Shown here: positions 28,789 to 40,003 of the stretch, piece after piece
Numbering within the stretch: the first letter of the stretch is position 1
Layout: each line of letters begins with the position of its first letter
IMG/VR virus record: IMGVR_UViG_3300028146_000008
Location: 30,369 to 94,368 of that record
Length of the DNA stretch: 64,000 nt
DNA from: a virus
Direction: 5' to 3' (one strand)
Program-made: the position numbers and the translations under genes
Notes under the pieces: generated by a model
Seen by the model: only the letters and a program-made list of their open reading frames with translations
What the model was told of the DNA's origin: nothing
Databases searched by the model: none

Positions 28789-29034
28789 TCACTTCTGGTT
28801 CTCCGGCAAAATAGCCATTGCTTTTTTGGAGAAGAACGAGGCAATTTCTAAATGCGTGCGGACAATGGCTAGTTCCCGGCCATTGGTCCCGCCAGGGAGC
28901 AGAATGTCCCCTCTTGGCCGCGCGGTTAGTGTTTCGATCTCAGTCAAAGCGCGGTCGAAAACTTCGGCCAGCTTCTTAGCCTTCTCGATGCCGCCTTCGT
29001 TCAATATATGAACTGCAAACTCTTTGTGGCTCAT
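28789..29034 (-). CDS. Acb2/Tad1-like cyclic-nucleotide sponge candidate
   Basis: 81 aa; F.VH...GRELAIVRTHLEIASFFSKKAMA fits the family helical-hairpin pattern. Confidence 0.65.
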   Translation of the reverse strand: MSHKEFAVHILNEGGIEKAKKLAEVFDRALTEIETLTARPRGDILLPGGTNGRELAIVRTHLEIASFFSKKAMAILPENQK

Positions 29035-29227
29035 ACCGCGTGCTTACTCTGAAACACGATTGCCTTGGCCGGATCCGAATCTTGCACTCGGATAGTGGCT
29101 TGGATATTCAGGTTTACGAACCCCCGAATCTTACGGAGATTAGCCACTTGTGTTTGGAACGCTTTTTCTACTTGTTCGCGGGTGAGCAATTTCTCAGTCG
29201 CTTTCTTCATTTTCCACCTTAAAATTT

Positions 29228-29369
29228 CTAGATAGGGACGGGGTTTTCGAGGCCCCGTCCAGTCATATCAATTCGCTTCGGACTTAGCACGTCGCCCGAT
29301 CCCGTCATAAAAGCACTTTTTCAAATGCGCTTATGACCGTGATCGGGAGATATGAAAGACCCCATCTAG
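29228..29369 (-). ncRNA. Structured intergenic RNA of unknown class
   Basis: Nested stems; two positions pair as G.U only on the minus strand. Confidence 0.5.
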
Positions 29370-29930
29370 CCTATAGGACTTCGTTTGTTCACTAAGTGAA
29401 CGGAATATTTGCCGGATCTCTCTCACGAGCCCACCGGCTGGGGTCCATTGGCATCGCTGTAGCTACGAGCGATACCCCTATCACGGACAAGTGAACTTTC
29501 TAAAATTTGGGGTTACTTATTTGCTGCGGCTATCATTGACCGTTGCGCGAACCCCGCGCCCAAGACTCTCTAAACTTTAATCATCCGGCCCAGCGCCATT
29601 TGGCTGAACCTTGCCCGTTTCTCGGGTGTACTCTAATTCTTCGATAATTACTAACTCTTTGACTCCACCGCGTAAACTTGCCTTAGTGGACTCCCCTTTT
29701 CGCATTCCAAGTCCATGACTTAAAAGGACTTTTTCCCAATACTCAGCAGACTCATTTTGTACATCCGGATCGGTAATAGGCTTCACTCTATTTCTTAGCC
29801 CGAAATGGGTATCCCCTGAGACGCGCCAAAATGTTACATCGGTACTAGTATTTTCTTCCAACTGCTTGAAAACACACCTACTTACTCCGAGAAAAGGTAA
29901 CTATAACAAAATAAAGCACTTAGAAAAACC

Positions 29931-30395
29931 CTAATTGTTATTCCCAAAATACTGATTGTGTATACTTAAAACTTTCTCCGCTCGGGTCGGATCAGTGGAC
30001 CATGTGGCACTCACTTCTGTCACGTAAATACTTCCATTTAAAGCGTTTAGAGCTAATCCATAATGCGGGTAGGCGTGCTGTAGCCGTTGGAGTGTAGCCA
30101 TCCGGTCCTTGAAGCAGGTAGCCACATCCGGATATGCGATCCAGTGCGCTGTGATTGTTACCCACTGGCCGTTCAAGAACTCTTGTGTGGGTAGGTCTAG
30201 TTCACCATACGGGCACCCCTGGCGATACTTCTGGCCGAATAGGTTGTTTGCCTCACGCGCGAGCTTGGACTGGCCCCAATTGCTCTCTAATGCGGCTTCG
30301 CTGGCCGCGTATTCTGGGAAGATGTGGCCCCCCGCTCGGGCTTGGTTTGCTATATCCTGGATCCAACTTTGCCGTTCACTTTGTGAAGTACTCAT
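29931..30395 (-). CDS. Endolysin, GH73 glucosaminidase/FlgJ-like
   Basis: AALESNWGQS...NNLFGQK...WSTDP. Confidence 0.85.
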   Translation of the reverse strand: MSTSQSERQSWIQDIANQARAGGHIFPEYAASEAALESNWGQSKLAREANNLFGQKYRQGCPYGELDLPTQEFLNGQWVTITAHWIAYPDVATCFKDRMATLQRLQHAYPHYGLALNALNGSIYVTEVSATWSTDPTRAEKVLSIHNQYFGNNN

Positions 30396-30624
30396 GCTTC
30401 TTTACTGGTCCCCTTTTCCGGTTCAACCCAACTGCGGGGGATCAAAAACGGGGAGATCAAAACCACCCCCAGGGTTAAATAATTAACCCCAAACCCCGAA
30501 ACTAAGACAATCAACAAACAAAAAGCAGCAAACGCTAGTCTAACGATCCATAAACGATTCATCGTCAGTCCTTTCCAGGTAAAGTGGAAATTTAAGGGGG
30601 TGCTTTCACACCCCCTGGTTGGTG

Positions 30625-31320
30625 TTACTGGACGGGTGGAGTTTTCGTACACGCGAATCGAGTGTTATCAGTTACGACGACTGCCGGTCCTGGGGAACAA
30701 TGCCATCCGTAAGGCAAGAAATTTGCGCTAACACAGATCGCATCACCCAGAGTGTAGGACGGAGACGGTTCGCGGCCAAAGTAGACGACCGGTTGGAAGT
30801 TTGGCGGCGTCGTTGTGGGAGTACAAAACGGCGTAAGTACCCACGATCCGACGCTACCACCCACAACTTGGCTTTTAGTGACGGACAAACTTATGTCAAT
30901 TTCCGCGTTTGGCCAGCTAAAGAACAGACCGGCCACGCTGCACGAAACCTGTGAACCAACCGTCGCTTCGATTGCCGTAGAGACGAAAGGTTGCACGGGC
31001 AGGGACAGGGTGTTCGTCACGGAGATATTGCAACTAGGGCAACCCGGCGTGCCGCTGTAGTACTGCCCACCGACCGCCGCGCCGGTTCCCATGTTCTTCA
31101 TGTAGTTATACGCTTTTGGCGTGTGCGTAACGTTTGGTGGGCAACTCCCCATCATGGTTGCATAGCCGGAAGTCTGCACGGTGCTGTAAACGGTCGTTCC
31201 GTCTATGCTTAGGGTTTGCGAGTTGTAATTTGCGTAGTGCAGACCTGTCGGAACGCACTGCGCCCACGCTCCTCCTGCGAATAGCGCCAGGACTGCGAGA
31301 ATTAAGAGTGCTCTTTTCAC
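30625..31320 (-). CDS. Secreted Cys-rich protein
   Basis: Signal peptide MKRALLILAVLALFAGGAWA; multiple Cys. Confidence 0.7.
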   Translation of the reverse strand: MKRALLILAVLALFAGGAWAQCVPTGLHYANYNSQTLSIDGTTVYSTVQTSGYATMMGSCPPNVTHTPKAYNYMKNMGTGAAVGGQYYSGTPGCPSCNISVTNTLSLPVQPFVSTAIEATVGSQVSCSVAGLFFSWPNAEIDISLSVTKSQVVGGSVGSWVLTPFCTPTTTPPNFQPVVYFGREPSPSYTLGDAICVSANFLPYGWHCSPGPAVVVTDNTRFACTKTPPVQ

Positions 31321-31850
31321 AGATCACCCCCGATTTCAAGAGTCATGCCTTTCTTCTCGCTCTTGACGTATGCAGCGAGGAGACTAGCACCGTCCTCGGA
31401 AACACTCGCTTCAATCGCGCTCCACGCCGTTTCCACTAGTTTGTTAAGCCGCTTTTCAAACGCGTTCCGGTCGTAATACGCGCCTTCAAAGTCATGCTTT
31501 GCGGCAGCCTCGTGTTGGTCGCGATTGTACGCAGCATAACCGGCCCCGAAGTAATCCACGCCATTCAGAAAAATGCGCGAATCTTGTTCATTGAGACCGA
31601 TCTTGTGTAAAAATGCAGCACGGCGATCTGAATCAGCTACGTCCTTTGGGTTGCGCTGAAACTGCTCAAGGATTAGCTGCTTCGCCAAAACATCGGGGAT
31701 GTTGTCGGGGTTATTGGACCCCTTCAACTCCCTGGTGTTGTTTAGCTGGTGTTGATGACCCTGTGGCCCCTGTTGCGCCATACACGGCGTGATGCACGCC
31801 AGCATGAGCAACAGTTGTAACATTAGTGTTGCTTTTATTACTTTCCTCAT
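31317..31850 (-). CDS. Secreted/periplasmic helical protein
   Basis: N-terminal signal peptide; coupled to the downstream gene. Confidence 0.65.
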   Translation of the reverse strand: MRKVIKATLMLQLLLMLACITPCMAQQGPQGHQHQLNNTRELKGSNNPDNIPDVLAKQLILEQFQRNPKDVADSDRRAAFLHKIGLNEQDSRIFLNGVDYFGAGYAAYNRDQHEAAAKHDFEGAYYDRNAFEKRLNKLVETAWSAIEASVSEDGASLLAAYVKSEKKGMTLEIGGDL

Positions 31851-33118
31851 TGTTGCTTTCCTTTCGTTGTTAGACTTTGGCCTAAAAACCTAAAACTCGT
31901 TGCTTTTGCCCGGTTCGAGTGGTACGTTAGATACGGGGTGACTTATGGACGAAGCGGAAAATTCCGACCGGGCTGTAGCCGCGAAACTGCGTGCGAGCTG
32001 GACGCCTGAAATGTTCGACAATTTCGAGGCGGATGTGCGATGGCTGTTAGAGAATAGCTCTGACTTCCGCGATCTACCGGAAGCGCGTGAAGAGATAGTC
32101 AACGCACTCAAAGCGAAGGCGATTCTTGCCATGAACGCAGGCAGCGTTCTGTAATAACATTTCCCGCTCATGTCCCTTCCTTCCTCTCTTGGCTGGCCAG
32201 CCCGCGCAAGTCCCCACACGGCGCATACACATTCTCTAGGCTCGGCTGAACCCTATGCTTCGTTCCATCTACTCCTGTTACTTCTAGTTCAAACGGCTGA
32301 CCTTCTTGCTCGACCATTACTTTGGCTTTCAGCAGAACATATTTGCTCGTGTCACTCACTTGCCTCCACCTCCAGCTTCGCGCTGCTCCATGCGCTCAAG
32401 CAAACGACTCATCCAACCTGCAATGACATGTGCTGCGATACCAAGCAGCGACACCGCAATAACTAGAATCCAAAGTTGTCTCACGTCCGCTCCTTTTCTG
32501 CTGGTGGCTGGGAGGGGCGCAGGAAATTGATGGACAGCTCTACCACGCACAACGCTCCGAATGCGTTGGCCAAGCAGCGCATTTTGTTGCTTCCTTCGAC
32601 AGGAGAAGGCTCTCCGATTAGCACCACACCAGGCTTAATCTCGCGCCCGTCCATCTTCGGCATGTTGACGATTCCTTCGATCATTGCGTCTCCTCCCTCC
32701 CCGGCTGCACGCGCACGGGCTGTTCGACTGAAAGCACTAAGTGATAATTTACGCTCTCGTTTTCTGCTACTTTGCAGCACTCCAAATACTCAGTGCGAAG
32801 CCGCTCGATTGCTTCAAAGAACGCGCCATAGTCCGTACGGTTCTTTCGGCAGACTGGCGTGATAATCGCGTGCTTTGCGGTAATTCCAGGTATTTGGCTC
32901 ATCGCGGTTCCTCCACCATGTACCCGCCGCAATCCGGCTCAGGACAGCCGAAGCCAGTTCCTTCGCTGCCATCAGGCGCAATGCACGGTTCGCAATCGCC
33001 TAAGCGGTTCACTTTTCCGCAGCGCAGGCAGAGCATCAACGCATCAAAAATACTTTGCTTCATGCGACTTCACAAGAAGTATTTGACATAAACAGCACCA
33101 TTGGTGTATAAAGCCTGT

Positions 33119-33259
33119 ATGCCTACCAAAAAGCGCCTCGTCTGTGTCTGCTCCCGTTGCGGCCATGAATGGCTCCCTGAATCCCCCAAAGTACTGCCTA
33201 AGCGGTGCGGCAGGTGCAAAAGCCCTTACTGGAACACTCCAAGGCGCAAAAAGAGTTAA
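33119..33259 (+). CDS. 46-aa zinc-finger protein (CSRC...CGRC), apparently leaderless
   Basis: MPTKKRLVCVCSRCGHEWLPESPKVLPKRCGRCKSPYWN...; TTGACA-N18-TATAAA ends 6 nt before the ATG. Confidence 0.7.
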   Translation: MPTKKRLVCVCSRCGHEWLPESPKVLPKRCGRCKSPYWNTPRRKKS

Positions 33260-34106
33260 ACCGCGCTCCTTTTTGCCCCACAAAGCCGAGAATCAGCCAC
33301 TTCACTTGTGAAGTAGTTTATCTCAGCTTCCTTTTCTCTTCGGCCAGTTGTTCGACCAGTTGTCCGTGTAGTCTTATTAGCTGGCCTATATTACCTATCA
33401 GGTTGTTTCGATCATCACCATAGTATTCTTGTATGATTTTGTCAAGCTCTAAATCTATGGCTTCGAGTTGATTTTCTAACTGGAGGATTCTTTTTAAAGT
33501 GAGCGCCATTTAGTTCTCTTGTTCACCATGTCGGATTCGGATCGGTCGGGTTGTGCAGGTTGTTCACTGAGTGAAGTACTGTGGGGTCGTGTTCTGGGAT
33601 CATGTCCAAGTTTAAGGCTACCCTGTTTATGGCGTTTTCCCGATCTTGAGCGTTTTCTATGATGGCGCGGCCATGATCTGCGTCGAACCGGTTTTTCGAG
33701 GTTCCTAGTACCCGGCCATCAATAAAGAGACCCCAGAGCTTGGGTTCTAGCTGTTTTACTTCGATATACACTCAGTGGTCCCCATTCCCGAGGTTGTAAC
33801 CGTAATCCCACTCTTGAAAAAGATAGTCAATAGCGTCGTATTCGCGCACGGTCGGCTTATACTTCGGGTCCCGTTTTCGGATGACGCCACCCCGATCCAC
33901 GAGAAAGTTGGTGGCTATGACCTCTAGCGCCTCACTATCGCTTCCTGGGAACTTCTCTCTCAGTTCATCTGTCGCTTGTGGCATTTTTCCTCCATTAATA
34001 CCCTACCATATTTACGTTTATTAGTCAATGTTATTCTGTTCGTTGTTTTCTTCTTGACATGGTACTGGACTTGGTGTATGTTTAAACTGCGCTCGGGAGG
34101 TGAATT

Positions 34107-34409
34107 ATGGCAATTTGGTATCGGGTGTGGTATTCGGGGTCAAAGATAACTCCTGTCGAAGTTGAGAGAGAAACTAAGGACTACGTTTTTGTAAAAAGCA
34201 CGAATATTTATCGCGGTACGACCTCCCTGCGAGAGAAAAAATCATCCGAGTATGAATCCGTCCACCCATCTTTTCGCGCGGCCAAGTTAGAACTGATCGC
34301 TCATCTGAGTAAAAAGCTTCAAAATGCAAAAGACACTGTTTCCCACCTCGAACAACGAGTTCGCGAAGCCAACGAATACCCCGAACCCGCCCAAGAAACC
34401 ACGGCGTAA
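34107..34409 (+). CDS. Hypothetical protein
   Basis: GGAGGT SD; TTGACA-N17-TATGTT promoter. Confidence 0.65.
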   Translation: MAIWYRVWYSGSKITPVEVERETKDYVFVKSTNIYRGTTSLREKKSSEYESVHPSFRAAKLELIAHLSKKLQNAKDTVSHLEQRVREANEYPEPAQETTA

Positions 34410-35349
34410 AGGTGTTCACAAAACTACTATGGAACGTCTAAACAAAATGTTAGAATCTATGCCAGTATCAAACTATGTGGCCACCGACGATGACCTTCCT
34501 GTTTCGTTGTGGCCGGATCCGGAGTTCTAACATGAAAAGCGGGCGCAAAAAACCCAAATGGCGCAAGAAGCTTGGTTCCATAACTCGGGATGGCCAGATA
34601 CGGTGGGTGTGTGTAGGAAAAGTGAGGAAAATCCGATGACCAAAATAATCACTTGGGTTTTCTTCGTCTGGGTTTGTTACAAATTGTATCGTGTCGTTAA
34701 AAAAGGGGGTCGTTCACTTAGTGAATGGGCTCGGGACCGCCAGTTGAGAAAATCGGACGAAAGATACAAAAAGTGGGAGAAAGAAGTACTGGCCGATCCT
34801 GTGGCCAAGAAAATGATTATGGAAGATGCAGATTGGTTGAGGTCGCGATGACTTGGCAAAGAAGGTTGTTCCTGGAACTTGAAAAATTCGTGATTGGCGC
34901 AGGGGTTCTGGCGCTTGCGGCTCTGTTTATGGTTTTAGTGTATGGCGCACTACGCCGTCCTATCTATTTGTTCGTGTTTTTAGCGGGATTCGTTGCTTGG
35001 GCGATTGGAAACATTCTATTGGACTAGGAGGCCCTGTGGCTCTATGCGAAGTATGCGGTCTGCAGAAAACCTTGATGGTTGATGAAATGATTTGTGTTGA
35101 CTGTTTTGAAGAACTCCCTCACGAAAAAGAAGAAGCAGTATGCTCCGATTTCGAACAATCCCTGGTCTATAACCTAGAAGATACCCCCTAAACCCTGCAA
35201 AACCCACAGTGTGTAAAAGATTTCTACTTTTAGGCAAAATAGTACAAAATAATCCAAAATAATGCTTGACAAATAACAGGCGTTTTGTAGAATGGTCTCG
35301 CTAAAGGGGCAATCTTAGAACGTCGTTAAAAAACTAATTGGAGGCAGCT

Positions 35350-35748
35350 ATGTCTGCTCGTAAGGCTCAAACTATCGAGTCAGTGGTCAAACCGGACAAA
35401 ACCCTGGGCGTCGAGATTCTTCGGAGATCGGAAATCCCTTCTCCGACAGGTCGAGGCCGCATCGCTAAGATGCCTGAATTGACTGTAGTAAAAGAAGTAG
35501 TTCTTCCCGCTCTGAGAGTGATTGAGGAAAATGGCGGTCTCTCGGCTGCGGAAGAAGGGTTCGGAATTAACCTGGACGCGGACATCACTAGAAAAGAGGC
35601 CGCGAAACTAGGGATCAAGGATCTTGCTTCTTCGTTCTTCCGGTGGTTGAGTACGCAGCTCGAAAATCAAAAGCTGAAAAGCAAAGTCGAGATCATCCGC
35701 CGCGCGAAGGGCAAGAAAGTCTTCTTAGTGGGTCCGGTCGAGGACTAG
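35350..35748 (+). CDS. Hypothetical protein, own transcription unit (possible DNA-binding protein)
   Basis: TTGACA-N16-TAGAAT promoter, GGAGG SD, downstream terminator. Confidence 0.65.
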   Translation: MSARKAQTIESVVKPDKTLGVEILRRSEIPSPTGRGRIAKMPELTVVKEVVLPALRVIEENGGLSAAEEGFGINLDADITRKEAAKLGIKDLASSFFRWLSTQLENQKLKSKVEIIRRAKGKKVFLVGPVED

Positions 35749-35793
35749 CGCCCCTGAGCGTTTGCTGATCCGAGATCGTACTTCACTAAGTGA

Positions 35794-35834
35794 ACGGGCG
35801 AGAGGGACGCGGAACCTCTTGCCCGTCTTTTTTT
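35794..35834 (+). terminator. Rho-independent terminator
   Basis: ACGGGCGAGAGG...CCTCTTGCCCGT followed by a T-run. Confidence 0.75.
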
Positions 35835-36847
35835 TGGCTAATTCCCTAGTACTCGCGTAGGACTTCCATTTTCGCCTTGACTTCGACAAAAATTCATTTA
35901 CCCTAGCTGTCAGCGGGCGTGCGTAACTTTTTGTGGCAAGTACGTACTATAACTTATGAGACGCACTAGTACCGAAGATGGAGGACAGAAGTTCCTTAGT
36001 CTTCGTCACAAAGTACCATTTGCGTCTCTTGCCCGTACCTTCACTCTGGAGGCGGGCCAATGTGTAGTCACAATGATTCTCGTAATCCGTTCTTGGGCCA
36101 GTCAAAGGGCCAGCTTCAGAGCGCCCTGTTGCAGCGTCTAGCAGCATTGGCTGATCTACGTTCCGAGTCCCGCCGATATAGGGACCGGTTATCCTCGGTT
36201 CGTTCAAAACTCCAAGAGACTCAGCATGAGATTGAGCAGATCCAGTTTTCCTTGGAGCAAGAAAAAGTCGTCGTTTTCCCTCTTCCTCTGAAAGTTCCTG
36301 AATCCGAGGAGCGGGGTGAACGAATCCTTGGTCGCTGGGGGCAAGTGACTTATCAGACTCAAGAATCCCCAAAGCCCAAATCGCAACGTCCGCCAACCAA
36401 GATAAGAAGCCTTTCACGATGAAGTACGCCAGTCCTAAGCAAATCGCCAGAGTTGGCCCGGAGCCCATTTTTTCAATCCTCCCGTTAAGATATCGGGGAC
36501 ATTTCGTTAGTGATATAACCGTAGTCTAGTACCTACACGGTGTCAAGGAAATAAATGTCTTTAGTGTCCCTTTAATAAGTACTGTTCTTTCGCAAACTTG
36601 TAGTACTAACGTTACTCCCTTCCGCGCATCCCAAAAAGTTTCGCGATTAAGTAAGCTAAGATCGCTACCAATACCGCGAAATGTGTCCACATCGGGTAAC
36701 CTTCCAACGCCGCGCCGATTACTGTCACCACGAGCGCCAAAAGCAATGTGAGTTGTATTTTACCCATCGTCTTTGTTTCCTTCATCTACCGCCGCGTCAC
36801 GAATATCAGCAAGTTCAGCCTGACTGTCTTCTAATACTTCTTTCTGT

Positions 36848-37330
36848 TCACTCAGTAAACGGATCATCGCTTCCTGAACTGGCCGGTCCTGAATCCTCCA
36901 GTAAATCATCAGGGATATTTCCGAGAGCAGGGCTAATAGGATCAGGATTTCCACTACTTGCATCAGGAGTTGCATCTTGGGCCTCGGGTAGCTGGGGTTG
37001 GTCCATGTTCTCGATAATGTGTTGAATCTGGTTCGGATCGGCGGGCAGTATTTCAAATGAAACCCGGTTAATCGGGGCGGGCATGGTAAAGTTCTTGACT
37101 GGAACATTCGCGCGGAGAAAGATTTTCACTTCTTGGCCGATTCCGATGGTGTAGGTCCCGATGGTCCGGAGTCCGTCTCGCTTACCGCTCAAAGCGTATA
37201 TTCCGAAACCTTGGGGAACTAGCTTCCCGCGCTCTACTACTTCGCTGTTCTCGATCCGTACCCAATCCAGGTCCTTGGTATCGGTGATGTACAGATTTCC
37301 GTTATCCTCTGTTTGAAACTGTAGATGCAC
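36848..37330 (-). CDS. Hypothetical protein with acidic tail
   Basis: 160-aa ORF in operon. Confidence 0.55.
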   Translation of the reverse strand: MHLQFQTEDNGNLYITDTKDLDWVRIENSEVVERGKLVPQGFGIYALSGKRDGLRTIGTYTIGIGQEVKIFLRANVPVKNFTMPAPINRVSFEILPADPNQIQHIIENMDQPQLPEAQDATPDASSGNPDPISPALGNIPDDLLEDSGPASSGSDDPFTE

Positions 37331-38771
37331 GAAACTTCCTTTCGGCTACTGAAATCTCTATTTGCGCTTTTCCGGCCAAGTGTTTCAGCCACTCCAGCTT
37401 TCTTTCCAGGTCGAACGGCCCATCGGCTATTTCTTCTATCGTTTGTCGAGCTACGTTTACGAGTCGGATGAGAGGGTCTTTAACTTCGCTCTGCACTGGT
37501 GCTCTCCTTCTCTTTCACGGATCCCGCACAGTTTGCATTTACGCATTTTGCCTAGTGTCGGGTTTCGATCTGAAAAACTGCCGTACTTTTGTGTGTCGGC
37601 TTTTTTGTCCACTAGTTCGGTGACTAGCATGGCTTCTTGGACTAATCTTTGAATTTCGCTCAATATTCACCCCAGACTTCGACTTGCCCGAACTCGTGAA
37701 TTTTGTTTATTAAATTTTCGTAAGGATTTGGCTTGTACTCATACATAGTGGCCATTCCCTCCAGTTTAGGGATTTGGGATACACTCAACTTTACAGGTAT
37801 TGGCCCAAACGCGCGTCCCAGAGCACTAATGAAAGAAGATGTTGCTGCTTCCAAGTAGTGTTTTTGCGGGTCCACCGGTCGCCAGTAAACTGTTACGCTC
37901 ACTTCACGTTCCAGGCGACCAGTAATATGTAGCCGGTCAGAATTCCGAAAAATGCGATGATTGACTTCGTGCGTTCGCTCATTCCGATTTTATTTTCACC
38001 CCGCTGAGAAAAATCACGGCCAGAATACTTCCCGTAATCCAGTGGCCGCTGTGAATGAGTCCTATGCACACCGCCGCGCCGAATGATAGCCATACCAGTG
38101 CTAAAATGAATTCTTTCATGTTTCCTTTTTTTAGTACCCCGCCTCAAAGTGCCAGCCGAGAGGCGGGGCGGTTATGCTGTTTTTCAAAAAATTCCACTAC
38201 CCGTATTGTGATTGGTCAAGTTGCGTTCGATTTCCTCCTTTAGTTCGGAGATTCGTACTTCAACTTCTTCATTGGTTGGAAGGGCCGAGCTTGTCTTGGC
38301 TTCGTACTCCCCTTTCATCCAAAGACTCAACAAATTCACCCGCAGCGCCTGCTCGGTTTCGATCTGTGCTAATAGACGGCGGCAGCACTCGAATAGAAGT
38401 TTCTCCCTGTTCATCCGTTTCCTTGGGTTCCCAACTGTAGCTGTTCCAATTGTCCACTCTGCTTCTCCTTTTCTACGAGTAGATCAGTGAGCTGGTCGTT
38501 CAGGCGGCGAATCTCGGCGTTTGCTTCCATGAGTTGTTCACTAACTGAACTAAGCCGTTCCTTGGTTTGCAGTTCCGATTCTCGGGAAATCTGGAGAGCT
38601 GCTTCCAGTCCTTCGTACTTGACTTTTAATAGTTCATATAATACTTCCGCGTCTTCGTAATCCGCTCTCATGCGGGCCTCCCTGATCCTGGGCCTAGTTC
38701 GTCGTCGTTAAGAATTTTCCAAAGTACAAACACCAGCACGAAAATTGGCAGCCAACCTAACAATGACGAAA

Positions 38772-39281
38772 TCACCACAAACCCTCAAAGGCACCGTGGA
38801 CCGCTAAGTTCACCATGCACTTTTGAAATTCCAGACCGTCTTCGAGACTTTTATCCCAAGTGGCTAAATGGCATTGCTCGTGAAGGAGTGTCTGCCGCGC
38901 CTGTTTCCCTGTCGGGTGGGTGTCTCGGTCAATTAAAATTTCGTACCGATTCTCGTGCTTTATGGTGTAACCCATGTTGTGCAGCGGCGTTAAATCCGCC
39001 CAGTGAACTTCGGTGTTTGCAGGCAACTGGTTCAGAAAATATTGTTCGTTGTACCCGGCGTACCACTTAGCCCAGTCTTCTTCCGGAAAAGGTGTCTCGG
39101 TTTTCTTGCGGGCGACGTGACGCCCTTGTTGTTCACAAACTGAACTACCACAGCAAGACACTGCTTTAAACGCGGCCATGGCATCCGAGTGCAGCGCGAC
39201 CAACAGTGCGCCGGTCAGCATAATCAGCAGAACCCCGAATACGAATAACCAGAAGCTCAGTTTTTGACGTGTGACGGGCAT
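38772..39281 (-). CDS. SprT-like metalloprotease with N-terminal TM segment
   Basis: YNEQYF, TLLHEQCH, FQKCM. Confidence 0.7.
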   Translation of the reverse strand: MPVTRQKLSFWLFVFGVLLIMLTGALLVALHSDAMAAFKAVSCCGSSVCEQQGRHVARKKTETPFPEEDWAKWYAGYNEQYFLNQLPANTEVHWADLTPLHNMGYTIKHENRYEILIDRDTHPTGKQARQTLLHEQCHLATWDKSLEDGLEFQKCMVNLAVHGAFEGLW

Positions 39282-39609
39282 ATTTAATCGTTCGCCGCGC
39301 ATGTAGCTATAATCAGGAACAAAAACGCTGCAGCAAGCGGTACAGGCCACGGATTCTGAATTTTGGCGGCATACGCGGAAATCAGTCCTATGAAGAAAAT
39401 GAAGACCCGGCACGGACGATCTTCCAGATACCAGAAAATGCTTTTAATCGCGCTCCATGCTTCCTTAACAGAAACAAGGAACAGAGTTGTAAGCGCCCCG
39501 AGTATGAACGATATTGCTATCCAGTGTGCCATGATTTAATACTATCATTGATTCTGTTATTTGTCAACACTATTTAATTCATTTATTTCCCGTTAAGCCA
39601 GCTAACAGA

Positions 39610-39642
39610 AAAAACAAGCGGGGTTTTTAGGCCCCGCTTTTT
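39610..39642 (-). terminator. Rho-independent terminator closing the pentamer array (likely bidirectional)
   Basis: AAGCGGGG-CCTAAAAA-CCCCGCTT-GTTTTTT. Confidence 0.8.
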
Positions 39643-39990
39643 AGCGGTTCGGTTCCAATCCAGTCCGCGCTAGACCCGACCTCTGCTCACCCCGCCCCGC
39701 CTTGCCTGCCGTGCCCCGCCTAGTCGAACTATGCTATGTCGTACCTTTCCTCACCTGCATTGCCTCGCCTGACCGCGATCAACCGCACTATGTCACGCCT
39801 CTCCTCGCCTGCGCTACCTCACTAAACCTCGGCTCGCTCGGCCAGACCAGACCGTCCCTAGCCTGCTTCGCCTTGCTGTATCACACCGCATCGTACCCGG
39901 CCTTCCCTAGCCTGCCCTACTGTTCCGGACCTGTTCGGGTCATGCCGCTCCTCGCCTGCATTACAATTCCACGCCCAGCTCCACCGTGTG
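39643..39990 (-). repeat. Non-coding array of GGY-NN pentamers arranged in 44-54-nt units; candidate guide-RNA array
   Basis: GCAGG junctions (plus-strand CCTGC at 39705, 39754, 39808, 39862, 39911, 39955; spacings 49, 54, 54, 49, 44 = 5n+4); strict 5-nt periodicity. Confidence 0.9.
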
Positions 39991-40003
39991 GAGAAAGTTG
40001 AGA

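Noticed and set aside
29228-29369. tmRNA or HDV-like ribozyme assignment
   Set aside because: No tag reading frame or CCA end, and the nested double pseudoknot could not be built convincingly.
39643-39990. Canonical CRISPR array
   Set aside because: No 23-47-nt identical repeats with unique spacers; conservation is 5-nt periodic instead.
39702-40001. 99-aa plus-strand ORF over the array
   Set aside because: Antisense to the operon, no SD, and its composition is explained by the pentamer repeat; 5-nt periodicity argues against coding.
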